Assembly: GCA_003235475.1 (NCBI GenBank)
Contig: QJWC01000116.1
Coordinates: 29 to 64,028 of the forward strand
Source of the DNA: Acidimicrobiia bacterium
Lineage (GTDB): Bacteria > Actinomycetota > Acidimicrobiia > Spongiisociales > UBA5794
DNA: 64,000 bases
Direction: 5' to 3'
A program made the translations under genes and the position numbers. The notes below the pieces were generated by a model. It searched no databases. It was not told the origin of the DNA and was given only the letters and a program-made list of their open reading frames with translations. Positions 9,941 through 19,372 of the stretch are shown one piece after another (the stretch's first letter is position 1; each line of letters starts with the position of its first letter).

Positions 9941-10687
9941 ATGGAAGTCTCGATACTGGCAGCGCTCTTCGCAGGAGCCGCTTCGTTCCTTTCCCCGTGC
10001 GTCCTGCCCCTGCTCCCCGGGTACGTGTCCCTCATGTCCGGGTACGAGATGTCCGAGCTCGCGGACGGACACGTCTCGCTTCGCCGCGTCGTCGGCCGAA
10101 CGAGCTTGTTCGTCCTCGGCTTCACCGTGGTGTTCGTTGCGCTCGGTGCGACGGCCACGTCCCTTTCGAGTTTCCTCCAACAGAGCGTCTTCACGGTGAT
10201 CGCCGGCTGGGTGATCATCGCGATGGGTCTCTTCATCGCGATCACAGCCGTCTGGACGTCTGCGTGGATGCTTCCGGTGATGAAGGATCGACGCATCGAG
10301 GCGTCCGGCGCGAAGAGGCTTGGTCTGTTCGGTCCTCCGCTCATGGGCGGTGCCTTCGCCTTCGGGTGGACACCGTGCATCGGGCCCTTCCTGGCCTCGG
10401 CCCTCGTCCTTGGCGCACAGTCGGACACCGTCATCGAAGGCATGGTCGTCCTCTTCTTCTACAGCCTCGGCCTCGGCATCCCATTCCTCCTGACATCCCT
10501 GCTGCTCACGAAGGCCTTCTCGGCGTTCGGCGTGGTGAAGCGGTATCTCACCCAGATCACCGTGGTGTCCGGTCTTCTGCTCGCTGGTTTCGGGGTATTG
10601 ATGGTGACGGGCAGGATCACGGATCTGTCCGCGTGGTTCTCGGACCTGTTGATCAGGCTCGGCCTCGATGAGCTCGCCGACGTGTAG
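9941..10687 (+). CDS. ccdA: cytochrome c biogenesis protein CcdA
   Basis: SFLSPCVLPLLPGY and FGWTPCIGP. Confidence 0.93.
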   Translation: MEVSILAALFAGAASFLSPCVLPLLPGYVSLMSGYEMSELADGHVSLRRVVGRTSLFVLGFTVVFVALGATATSLSSFLQQSVFTVIAGWVIIAMGLFIAITAVWTSAWMLPVMKDRRIEASGAKRLGLFGPPLMGGAFAFGWTPCIGPFLASALVLGAQSDTVIEGMVVLFFYSLGLGIPFLLTSLLLTKAFSAFGVVKRYLTQITVVSGLLLAGFGVLMVTGRITDLSAWFSDLLIRLGLDELADV

Positions 10688-10706
10688 GCGGTAGCCTCGC
10701 CGCACG

Positions 10707-12188
10707 ATGCAGCCGTCCCTCACCCTTTCCCAGTTCTCTGAGCTCTCCGCGTCGCATTCGGTGGTGCCGCTCGCCGTCGAGGTCCTCGCAGACCGCCACA
10801 CACCGGTGTCGGTCTTCGATACGCTCGTCGATGACGACGACGGGTTCCTCCTCGAATCCGTCGAGGGCGGGGAACGGTGGGCGCGGTGGTCCTTCATCGG
10901 ATGGAATCCCGCATTCACGTTGTCGTCGACCGACGGTGTGACGACCGCGGACGCGCCGGTCGCGGTTCCTTCCGGCGATCCCCTCGAAGTCCTCGAAGCG
11001 ATGGTCGACCGCTTCTCGGTCCCGGACCCGGACGACCTTGGGTTCCCGGGACCGGTGCCCCCGCTCCATTCGGGCCTCGTCGGGTATCTCGCGTACGATG
11101 CCGTGCGCTATATCGAGAGGCTCGATTCGGCACCGGTCGACGACCGCCACCTTCCAGAGATGCTGTGGCAGTTCGCGGGCGGCATCGCAGCATTCGACCG
11201 ACTCAGGGAGACGATCACCCTCATATTCAATGTGTTCACGACAGGAGATGCGGACGCGGATTACAGAAGCGGTGTGGAATCCCTCGAGCGGGCGGTGGTT
11301 CAACTCGGGCTGGCGACGACGCGCCCTGTGCCGAACCGGCCGAGGTTCGATCGTCAGGTCGATGCGTCGGCTTCGATGACCGAACACGAGTTCATCGAGG
11401 TCGTGGACACCTGCATCGACCACATCAGGGAGGGCGACGCCTTCCAGATCGTGCCCTCCATCCGCTTCGAGGCAGAATTCTCGGGGAACGCGTTCGCTGT
11501 GTATCGAGCCCTCCGCCTCGTGAATCCCTCTCCCTATATGTTCTTCGTGCGCTCAGGCGATCTCGCCATTGCAGGTTCATCCCCGGAGCTCATGGCGAGG
11601 GTCAGGGATGGCAAGGCCTACTCGAGGCCCATCGCGGGCACCCGTCCCCGTGGCACGACGGTCGAAGAGGACGAGGCGCTCGCCGGAGAACTCCTCGCAG
11701 ATCCAAAGGAGCGGGCAGAACACGTGATGTTGATCGACCTCGCCAGGAACGACCTCGGGCGGGTGTGCGAGTTCGGCACGGTGTCGGTGGACGACCTGAT
11801 GGTCATCGAGCGCTACAGCCACGTGATGCACATCGTCTCCGGCGTGTCAGGAACGATTGCCGACGGTGTCGGGCCCCTCGACGTTCTCCGCGCCACATTC
11901 CCCCACGGGACGGTGAGCGGCGCGCCGAAGGTGCGGGCGATGGAGATCATCGACTCGTTGGAGCCGATGCGCAGGGGGCCGTATGCGGGCGCCGTCGGGT
12001 ACCTCGACTTCTCGGGCAACCTCGACACCGCGATCGCCCTCCGCACGTGCGTGACGAAGGGGACCTCGGCGTGGGTGCAAGCGGGAGCTGGCATCGTCGT
12101 CGACTCGCACCCGCCTTCGGAATATCGCGAGTGCGTCAACAAGGCCAAGGCGGTTCTCACCGCGATCGCCGCCTCGGACGAGATCTGA
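10707..12188 (+). CDS. trpE: anthranilate synthase component I
   Basis: FLLESVEGGE, NPSPYMF, GSSPE, PIAGTRPRG, KERAEHVMLIDLARND. Confidence 0.95.
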   Translation: MQPSLTLSQFSELSASHSVVPLAVEVLADRHTPVSVFDTLVDDDDGFLLESVEGGERWARWSFIGWNPAFTLSSTDGVTTADAPVAVPSGDPLEVLEAMVDRFSVPDPDDLGFPGPVPPLHSGLVGYLAYDAVRYIERLDSAPVDDRHLPEMLWQFAGGIAAFDRLRETITLIFNVFTTGDADADYRSGVESLERAVVQLGLATTRPVPNRPRFDRQVDASASMTEHEFIEVVDTCIDHIREGDAFQIVPSIRFEAEFSGNAFAVYRALRLVNPSPYMFFVRSGDLAIAGSSPELMARVRDGKAYSRPIAGTRPRGTTVEEDEALAGELLADPKERAEHVMLIDLARNDLGRVCEFGTVSVDDLMVIERYSHVMHIVSGVSGTIADGVGPLDVLRATFPHGTVSGAPKVRAMEIIDSLEPMRRGPYAGAVGYLDFSGNLDTAIALRTCVTKGTSAWVQAGAGIVVDSHPPSEYRECVNKAKAVLTAIAASDEI

Positions 12189-12251
12189 GGTCTCACGACC
12201 TTCTCGCCTTTCCCTCAGCCTCGTCTCATCCTGCGCGGATACCGTCGCATC

Positions 12252-12656
12252 ATGGAGGCGACTCCCGCTGTGGTGCTGTCAGGAGCGGATGAGGCGACCC
12301 TCGCGCGGGCGCGGGCCCTGCTCGAGTCCGAAGGGTTCAGCGTCGACACGCCTGGGTCGCAGACCAAGAGGCTCGTGGCAGGCGAGGTGGTAATCGATCT
12401 CGATCGGCGCGAGGTCGTGGCGAACGACGGTCGCGTGATACGACCCACGACGAGCGAATTCGAGGTGCTCGCGTTCCTCGCCACGAATCAGGGGATCGTC
12501 CTTGGGAGGGGTCGCATCCTCGACGCGGCGCTCGACCAGCCTTTCACCGATCCTCGGACCATCGACACCCACGTGATGCAGCTTCGGCGGACGATCCCGG
12601 GTCTGGTGATCGAGACCGTCAGGGGCGTGGGGTACCGCATTCCCGGCTCCGGTTGA
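12252..12656 (+). CDS. OmpR-type winged-helix DNA-binding protein lacking a full receiver domain
   Basis: PTTSEFEVL, RTIDTHVMQLRR, IETVRGVGYR; only ~35 aa precede the domain. Confidence 0.8.
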   Translation: MEATPAVVLSGADEATLARARALLESEGFSVDTPGSQTKRLVAGEVVIDLDRREVVANDGRVIRPTTSEFEVLAFLATNQGIVLGRGRILDAALDQPFTDPRTIDTHVMQLRRTIPGLVIETVRGVGYRIPGSG

Positions 12657-12685
12657 TCGCCGCGTCGATGTCATAGCATTGACGG

Positions 12686-13453
12686 ATGCTCGACGAGATC
12701 CTCACACGCACACGCACCCGTGCAGCGAACGCTGGGGCCAACCGCGCTGCGCTCGTCGAAGCGGCCTCGGCTGCTTCCCCTGTGCGAGCATTCGCCGAAG
12801 CCCTGAGGGTCCCAGGTCTTTCCGTGATCGCTGAGATCAAGCGCCGGTCGCCGTCCGCTGGCATCATCGATGCGGGGATTGACCCGGCGGCGCAGGCAGC
12901 GAAATACGAGTCCGGCGGCGCAGCGGCGCTGTCGGTGCTGACCGAGCCCTTCTTCTTCGATGGATCCCTCGATGACTTGTCGGTTGCACGAGACGTGGTC
13001 TCGATTCCCGTGCTTCGGAAGGACTTCGTGCTCGATGAGGCCCAGGTGTGGGAGGCACGGGCCGCCGGCGCAGACGCCGTCTTGCTCATTGTCGCGGCGC
13101 TCGCGGCGGACCAGCTCGCCGACCTCGTCGCCGTGGCGGCGGAAGCCAGCCTCGATGCGCTCGTCGAGGTGCACACCGAGGGCGAGGTCGTGATTGCCGT
13201 TGAGGCGGGTGCGTCGATCATCGGCGTGAACAACCGCGATCTCGCCACGTTCACGACGGATCTCGCCGTTGGTGAGCGACTTCGCGGGCTCATCCCTGAC
13301 GGAGTGGTGACCGTCGCTGAGTCTGGCGTGACGAGCGTCGAAGGTGCGGTGCGCATGCGCGACGCGGGATACGACGCGATCCTCGTCGGGGAAGCCGTGG
13401 TCCGCCACGAGGATCCAGCGGGGTTCATTGCGCAGTTGCGAGGTGAGGCGTGA
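12686..13453 (+). CDS. trpC: indole-3-glycerol phosphate synthase
   Basis: IAEIKRRSPSAG, SVLTE, LRKDF, GVNNRDL, AESG. Confidence 0.97.
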   Translation: MLDEILTRTRTRAANAGANRAALVEAASAASPVRAFAEALRVPGLSVIAEIKRRSPSAGIIDAGIDPAAQAAKYESGGAAALSVLTEPFFFDGSLDDLSVARDVVSIPVLRKDFVLDEAQVWEARAAGADAVLLIVAALAADQLADLVAVAAEASLDALVEVHTEGEVVIAVEAGASIIGVNNRDLATFTTDLAVGERLRGLIPDGVVTVAESGVTSVEGAVRMRDAGYDAILVGEAVVRHEDPAGFIAQLRGEA

Positions 13454-14058
13454 CGTGGGTGAAGGTGTGCGGCCTTTCGACGCACGAGACGGTGCGCGCC
13501 GCTGAGGAGTCCGGCGCCGACGCCGTCGGCTTCGTTCTCGTACCTTCGTCGCCCCGCGTTGTGACCCTGGCACTCGCCGGTGAGCTCATCGAGGCGTCGT
13601 CGGCCGACTCGTACGTGTTGACCCTCGATGTCGGTGTCGCCGAGGGCGTCGAGATCCTCCGCGAGTTGGATGCAACCGGTGTCCAACCCTATGGCGAAGG
13701 AAGGCGCGCGTTCGCCGAAGCGGCGCTCCATGCCGGTTTCAAGGTGCTGTATCCGATTCCCGTTTCGGGACAGACGCCACCGGACGCGAAGGCGGTACCG
13801 GCCGGCGCCGTGCCGTTGTTCGATCATTCCGATCCGGATGCGCTGGGCGGGACCGGTCGAACCTTCGCCTGGTCGGCGTTGAACGGCGCGCCGCAGCCGT
13901 ACGTGGCCGCGGGAGGCCTGAGCCCTGACAATGTGAGAGACCTCGTTCGCTCCTTCGCGCCCTGGGGCGTCGACGCATCGAGCGGACTGGAGATTTCCCC
14001 GGGTGTCAAGGACGTGCATACCATCCGCGCATTCGTGAAGGCGGCGAAGCAGGCATGA
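13450..14058 (+). CDS. trpF: phosphoribosylanthranilate isomerase
   Basis: [39 protein letters not shown]. Confidence 0.95.
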   Translation: MTWVKVCGLSTHETVRAAEESGADAVGFVLVPSSPRVVTLALAGELIEASSADSYVLTLDVGVAEGVEILRELDATGVQPYGEGRRAFAEAALHAGFKVLYPIPVSGQTPPDAKAVPAGAVPLFDHSDPDALGGTGRTFAWSALNGAPQPYVAAGGLSPDNVRDLVRSFAPWGVDASSGLEISPGVKDVHTIRAFVKAAKQA

Positions 14059-15239
14059 AACTCGAACGACCGGACAGCGCAGGCAGGTTTGGCTCGTTTG
14101 GCGGCTCGTTCGCCCCTGAGACGCTGATGCCTGCGCTCACCGAGCTCGAGCGGGCCTTCACGGAGGCGTGGGGAGATCCCTCGTTCCGCGAGGAGCTCGA
14201 CGGCCTCCTCGCATCCTTCGTAGGACGGCCGACGCCCGCCCACCGGGCCACCCGCTTGAGCGACCGGCTCGGCATCGATCTCTGGCTCAAGAGGGAGGAC
14301 CTCGCACACACCGGTGCGCACAAGATCAACAACACCGTCGGCCAGGGGCTTCTCGCCAAGCGGATGGGGAAGCCACGGATCATCGCGGAGACGGGAGCTG
14401 GCCAGCACGGCGTCGCGACGGCGACCGCAGCCGCGCTTCTCGGCTTCGAATGCGCGGTGTACATGGGGGAGAAGGACATCGAGCGTCAGGCGCTCAACGT
14501 CTACCGCATGGAGCTGCTCGGTACCGAGGTGATCCCCGTGACGTCCGGTTCGGGCACCCTCAAGGATGCGGTTTCGGCTGCTCTCAGGGACTGGGTCGCC
14601 TCTGTCGAGAACACGCACTACATCATCGGTTCGGTTGTGGGGCCGCATCCCTTCCCATGGATGGTTCGGGAATTCCAGAAAGTGATCGGAGAGGAACTCC
14701 AGGGCCAACTCGATGGCTCGAAAGGTCATCCGAGGCCCGATGTGATCGTCGCGCCGGTCGGCGGCGGGTCGAACGCCATGGGGGTCTTCTACCCATACGT
14801 GGGAGATACGTCGGTTCGCTTGGTCGGCGTCGAGGCCGCTGGTCTCGGGATCGAAACGGGGCATCACGGAGCGTCGCTCGGTCACGGTTCGCCGGGGGTG
14901 CTGCACGGTGCGATGAGCTACATGCTCCAGGACGCCGAAGGGCAGGTGCTCGAAGCGCACTCGATCAGTGCGGGACTCGACTACCCAGGGGTCGGGCCAG
15001 AGCACAGCTACTTCAAGGATGCGGGGCTTGTCGAGTACGACAGCGTCTCGGACACCGAGGCGGTCGGGGCACTTCACCTCCTTTCTTCGACCGAGGGCAT
15101 CATCCCCGCGCTCGAGTCGGCCCACGCGCTGGCGTGGATCACGAGGGAAGCAGCCTCGCTATCGGGCAAGACGGTGGTGTTGAACCTCTCCGGGAGAGGC
15201 GACAAGGACGTCCAGCAGGTGGCGGCGTTCGATGGCTGA
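14055..15239 (+). CDS. trpB: tryptophan synthase beta chain
   Basis: [41 protein letters not shown]. Confidence 0.98.
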   Translation: MKLERPDSAGRFGSFGGSFAPETLMPALTELERAFTEAWGDPSFREELDGLLASFVGRPTPAHRATRLSDRLGIDLWLKREDLAHTGAHKINNTVGQGLLAKRMGKPRIIAETGAGQHGVATATAAALLGFECAVYMGEKDIERQALNVYRMELLGTEVIPVTSGSGTLKDAVSAALRDWVASVENTHYIIGSVVGPHPFPWMVREFQKVIGEELQGQLDGSKGHPRPDVIVAPVGGGSNAMGVFYPYVGDTSVRLVGVEAAGLGIETGHHGASLGHGSPGVLHGAMSYMLQDAEGQVLEAHSISAGLDYPGVGPEHSYFKDAGLVEYDSVSDTEAVGALHLLSSTEGIIPALESAHALAWITREAASLSGKTVVLNLSGRGDKDVQQVAAFDG

Positions 15240-16041
15240 CGGCAGGGCCGCTCTCACGGCGATGTTCGCAAGTGCTCGCTCGGAGGGCAGGGCGGTTCTG
15301 CTGCCGTATCTCACTGCCGGGCTCCCCGATCCAGATTCGTCTGTCGAGATCTTCGCTGCGATGGCGGCCGCCGGAGCGGATGGCTTCGAAATCGGAATCC
15401 CGTACTCGGACCCGCTCATGGACGGTCCAACGATCATGGAGGCTGGAGAGCGGGCCCTGAAGAGAGGGATGACGGTCGACAGGTCGCTCGATGTGGTGCG
15501 TTCGGTCGTTGAGCGGACGGGAGTGCCGGTACTCGTCATGACGTACGTGAACCCGGTGCTCCATCGAGGCATCGATGCATTCTTCGGCGCCGCGGCGGAT
15601 GCAGGTGCGGCTGGCGTCATCCTCGCCGACCTCCCCGTCGACGAAGCAGTGCCGTTCGTGGACGCAGCAACCCGACAGGGTCTCGGCATGGTGCTCTTCG
15701 TCGCTCCGACGACGACCGCAGGGCGTCTCGAGAAGGTCGTGGCAGCGGATCCAGCCTTCGTGTACGCCATCGCCGAGGTCGGCGTGACGGGGGAGAGGGA
15801 CCGCGCCTCTGTGAACACAGCGTCGTTGGCGGCGTCGCTTCGAGAGCGTTCCGATGTGCCGGTGGTGTTCGGCGTCGGGATCGCATCGCCCGATCAAGCA
15901 CGACAGGCCGCAGCCGACGGCGACGGGGTGATCGTCGGAACCGCGATCGTCAGGCGCGTGCTCGACGCGGACAGCGCCCGAGCAGCCATCGAGGAGCTCA
16001 CGCCGTTCGTTCGCGATCTGGCATCAGCGGTACGGCGATGA
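15232..16041 (+). CDS. trpA: tryptophan synthase alpha chain
   Basis: [31 protein letters not shown]. Confidence 0.97.
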   Translation: MADGRAALTAMFASARSEGRAVLLPYLTAGLPDPDSSVEIFAAMAAAGADGFEIGIPYSDPLMDGPTIMEAGERALKRGMTVDRSLDVVRSVVERTGVPVLVMTYVNPVLHRGIDAFFGAAADAGAAGVILADLPVDEAVPFVDAATRQGLGMVLFVAPTTTAGRLEKVVAADPAFVYAIAEVGVTGERDRASVNTASLAASLRERSDVPVVFGVGIASPDQARQAAADGDGVIVGTAIVRRVLDADSARAAIEELTPFVRDLASAVRR

Positions 16042-16056
16042 CGAGCGCCGCGGTTC

Positions 16057-16529
16057 GTACCGGGAGAGGGACTCGAACCCGAAAGTACTGACCCGGGGTC
16101 TGGCGCAAGTTGTTGTCTCCGCGTTGCATTGAGTCGTGAGCGCAAGAGTGCGTCAGAGTGGGTGGAGAGCGTTCCCTCGGTGATTCTTGAGGGGAGCCTC
16201 GCGTGAGTACCGGGAGAGGGACTCGAACCCAAAAGCATTGACCCGGGGTTTCGCGCATGCCGGCGACGTCGCGGTCCAATGAGTCGTGGAGGTGACGTTG
16301 CCTTGTGGGGCCCCGAGGTCTCGTGCTCGGTGATTCCTGAGGGTGCCTCGCGGGGGTACCGGGAGAGGGACTCGAACCCAAAAGCATTGACCCAGGGTTT
16401 CGCGCGAGCCGATGTGTTCGCGTTGTGATGAGTCGTGAAAGCAAGAGTGCGTCGGCGTGGGTGGAGAGCGTTCCCTCGGTGATTCTTGAGGGGAGCCTCG
16501 CGTGGGTACCGGGAGAGGGACTCGAACCC
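16057..16529 (-). repeat. tandem array of three ~150-bp units each delimited by a 24-bp copy of the tRNA-Leu(CAA) 3' end
   Basis: GTACCGGGAGAGGGACTCGAACCC at 16057, 16207, 16356 and 16506 (last copy is the tRNA's own 3' end); periods 150/149/150. Confidence 0.95.
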
Positions 16530-16589
16530 TCACGAGCTTGCGCCCAGCGGATTTTGAGTCCGCCGCGTCTTCCATTCCGCCATCCCGGC
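16507..16589 (-). tRNA. tRNA-Leu(CAA)
   Basis: minus strand GCCGGGATGGCGGAATGGAAGACGCGGCGGACT-CAA-AATCCGCT...GGGTTCGAGTCCCTCTCCCGGTA; long variable arm. Confidence 0.95.
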
Positions 16590-16637
16590 CGGTCGCGGCA
16601 GGATAGGGGCAGCGCCGCGAAGGTCTACTCTGGCCGC

Positions 16638-19253
16638 ATGCCGAAACTCGCGTTGCTCGATGGGTATTCGCTCGCCTATCGAGCGTTCTACGCCCTCCCG
16701 CCGGACCTCGCGACACCGTCGGGTCAGATCACGAACGCAGTCTTCGGCTTCACCTCGATGCTGATCAAGCTGATGGACGATGAGGCGCCGGATGCGATCG
16801 CGGTGGCGTGGGACCGCAAGGAACCGACCTTCCGCGTTGCCGAGTATCCGGAATACAAGGCGAACCGCGAGGCGGCGCCAGACCTGTTCCGGTCGCAGGT
16901 ACCGCTGATCCACGATGTGCTCGAGGCGATGAACATCCCTGAGATATCGGCGGCAGGTTTCGAGGCAGACGATGTGATAGCGACGCTCGTGGAGAGTGCG
17001 AAGTCCTCGGACGTCGATGTCATCGTCGTCACCGGCGACCGTGACGCCTTCCAACTGTCGTCCGACGATGTGACCATCGTGTACACGCGACGCGGGATAT
17101 CAGACACGGTGCATGCAACCCCGGAATGGATCGAGGAGCGATACGGCATCAGCCCGTCGCGCTACGTCGAGTATGCGGCCCTGAGAGGCGACTCCTCGGA
17201 CAACCTGCCAGGCGTCCCTGGCGTAGGGGAGAAGACCGCTGCGAAGCTGATCAACGAATACGCATCGCTCGAGGAGCTCTACGCCCACCTCGATGCGATG
17301 ACCCCGAAGCTGCGGGAGAACCTCGAGAACGCGAGGGAGCAGGTGTTCGTCAACGAGCGCCTCATGACCATGGTGAGAGACGTCCCACTCGACGGGGTCA
17401 CACCGGAGAGCTTCGAGCTCGAACCGTTCGACAGGGACCGCGTGCGCGCGCTCTTCGACGACCTCGCCTTCCGCACGCTGTGGCAGCGGCTCGAAGAGCT
17501 CGGGGGCCTCGGCGAGAGGACGGAGGCCATCGAGGAGGTCGAGGTCATCACGGCAACGACCGCCGCCCAGGCGACCGGGGTGGGCAGCAATGGCATCGTC
17601 GCGTGCGAGCCTGTGTGGGATGACGAGGCGCTCGTCGGCTTTGTCGCATCCGGAGAACCGTGCGTGTTCGTGCCGCTGGAGCTGGCGGGCGACACGTTCG
17701 CCGAAGCGGTTGCGATCGCGGGGCACGACGTCAAACCGATGCTCAGGGCGCTGCTCGAAGCCCAGATGTCGCTACCGAAGGTGGCGTTCGACACGATGCT
17801 CGCGGCGTGGATCGTGAACCCGGCGCAGCGGGCCCCTTCGATCGACGACCTCGCGTACCGCCAGATCGGTTTCGACGTTGGAACGTCCGCAGACGGCGGG
17901 GCTGCGTCACCACAAAGGGCGTTCTCGTTCGAAGAGGAAGAAGGTCTCGATATCGAGGCTGCGGCGCGCCGCGCAGTCGCCGTGGAGCGGCTCATCGATC
18001 CGTTGAGGGCACAACTCGACGCCCGCGGCACCTCGGAGCTCTACGACGGTGTCGAGATCCCACTCATCGCGATCCTTGCCGAGATGGAGGATGCGGGAAT
18101 CGGAATCGATCGCGCCTTCCTCACATCGTTCGGCGAGGATCTCGCAAGGCGCATCGCGACGCTCCAGGAGGACATCCACGCCCTTGCCGGACACGCGTTC
18201 AATGTGAACTCCACCCTCCAGCTTCGGCAGGTGCTCTTCGACGAGCTCGGGCTTCCCGTGATCAAGAAGACACCGAAGGGCGCACCGTCCACCGATGCCT
18301 CTGTCCTCGAGAAGCTCGGTGATGAGCACGACATCGTCGCGAAGCTGCTCGAGTTCCGCGAGCTCGACAAGCTCCGTTCGACCTATGTCGAGTCGCTCCT
18401 CGGACTGGTCGATCCAGACGGCCGCGTGCGTGGCCGTTTCAATCAGACCGGGGCGGCCACCGGTCGGCTCTCCATGGAAGCCCCGAACCTCCAGAACATC
18501 CCGGCCCGCAGCGAGGAGGGAAGGGCGATACGCAAGGCTTTCGTGAGCGAGGAGGGCTCGAGCTTCCTCGTCGCTGACTACTCCCAGATCGAACTCCGCA
18601 TCCTCGCCCACCTATCCGAGGATCCGGGGCTCGTCGAGGCGTTCGAGAACGACATCGACATCCACGCCGCGACGGCGGCTCGGGTCAACGCCGTTCCGCT
18701 CGACGAGGTCACGGACGACATGCGCCGCACGTCGAAGATGATCAACTTCGGGCTGCTCTACGGGATGGAGGCGTATGGTCTCGCGCAACGGCTCGATATC
18801 TCCCGGAGCGAGGCTCAGCGCCACATCGACGAGTATTTCGTTCAGTTCCCGGATGTGCGTGCGTTCATGTCGGGCATCGTGGACGAGGCCCGATCGACTG
18901 GATTCACCACAACGATCCTCGGTCGTCGCCGATATCTCCCCGAACTCAATGCCAGGAGCACTCGGGAGCGCCAGATGGGGGAGCGGATGGCCCTCAACGC
19001 CCCGATTCAGGGATCCGCAGCCGACGTCATCAAAAAGGCGATGATCGTGCTCCACGGCGAGTTCGCATCCCATACACTTGCGGCGTCGATGCTGCTGCAG
19101 ATCCATGACGAGCTCGTGATCGAGGTCCGCGACGACGATCTCGACGCTGCCACGACCTTGACGAGGGATGTCATGCAGGGCGTGGTGGAGCTGAAGGTGC
19201 CGCTGAAGGTGTCGTACGCAGTCGGCAAGACCCTCGCGGAGGCCGCTCACTAG
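16638..19253 (+). CDS. polA: DNA polymerase I
   Basis: LLDGYSLAYRAFYAL, GDSSDNLPGVPGVGEKTA, ADYSQIELRILAH, NAPIQGSAAD, LQIHDEL. Confidence 0.98.
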   Translation: MPKLALLDGYSLAYRAFYALPPDLATPSGQITNAVFGFTSMLIKLMDDEAPDAIAVAWDRKEPTFRVAEYPEYKANREAAPDLFRSQVPLIHDVLEAMNIPEISAAGFEADDVIATLVESAKSSDVDVIVVTGDRDAFQLSSDDVTIVYTRRGISDTVHATPEWIEERYGISPSRYVEYAALRGDSSDNLPGVPGVGEKTAAKLINEYASLEELYAHLDAMTPKLRENLENAREQVFVNERLMTMVRDVPLDGVTPESFELEPFDRDRVRALFDDLAFRTLWQRLEELGGLGERTEAIEEVEVITATTAAQATGVGSNGIVACEPVWDDEALVGFVASGEPCVFVPLELAGDTFAEAVAIAGHDVKPMLRALLEAQMSLPKVAFDTMLAAWIVNPAQRAPSIDDLAYRQIGFDVGTSADGGAASPQRAFSFEEEEGLDIEAAARRAVAVERLIDPLRAQLDARGTSELYDGVEIPLIAILAEMEDAGIGIDRAFLTSFGEDLARRIATLQEDIHALAGHAFNVNSTLQLRQVLFDELGLPVIKKTPKGAPSTDASVLEKLGDEHDIVAKLLEFRELDKLRSTYVESLLGLVDPDGRVRGRFNQTGAATGRLSMEAPNLQNIPARSEEGRAIRKAFVSEEGSSFLVADYSQIELRILAHLSEDPGLVEAFENDIDIHAATAARVNAVPLDEVTDDMRRTSKMINFGLLYGMEAYGLAQRLDISRSEAQRHIDEYFVQFPDVRAFMSGIVDEARSTGFTTTILGRRRYLPELNARSTRERQMGERMALNAPIQGSAADVIKKAMIVLHGEFASHTLAASMLLQIHDELVIEVRDDDLDAATTLTRDVMQGVVELKVPLKVSYAVGKTLAEAAH

Positions 19254-19372
19254 CCGAACCGCCGACCGCGAGTTGGTCCTTTGGTGCGCACCTTGATACC
19301 ATGTCGATTGCTTCGTACGCCGTTTTCGCGCGCATCGAAGCGCAACCGTATTCCAAGGAGACCCACCCTTAC

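Noticed and set aside
16057-16505. Additional intact tRNA genes in the repeat units
   Set aside because: No 5' acceptor strand, D-arm or anticodon arm is recognisable; only 3 bp of T-stem are retained
16057-16529. CRISPR array
   Set aside because: The repeat is the tRNA 3' end, the ~126-bp intervals are homologous to each other, and no cas genes are present
15894-16716. ORFs spanning the tRNA repeat array, and the 16425 start for polA
   Set aside because: They translate tRNA/repeat sequence; polA homology begins at 16638
17500-18050. Degenerate 3'-5' exonuclease domain in PolA
   Set aside because: Normal for actinobacterial PolA
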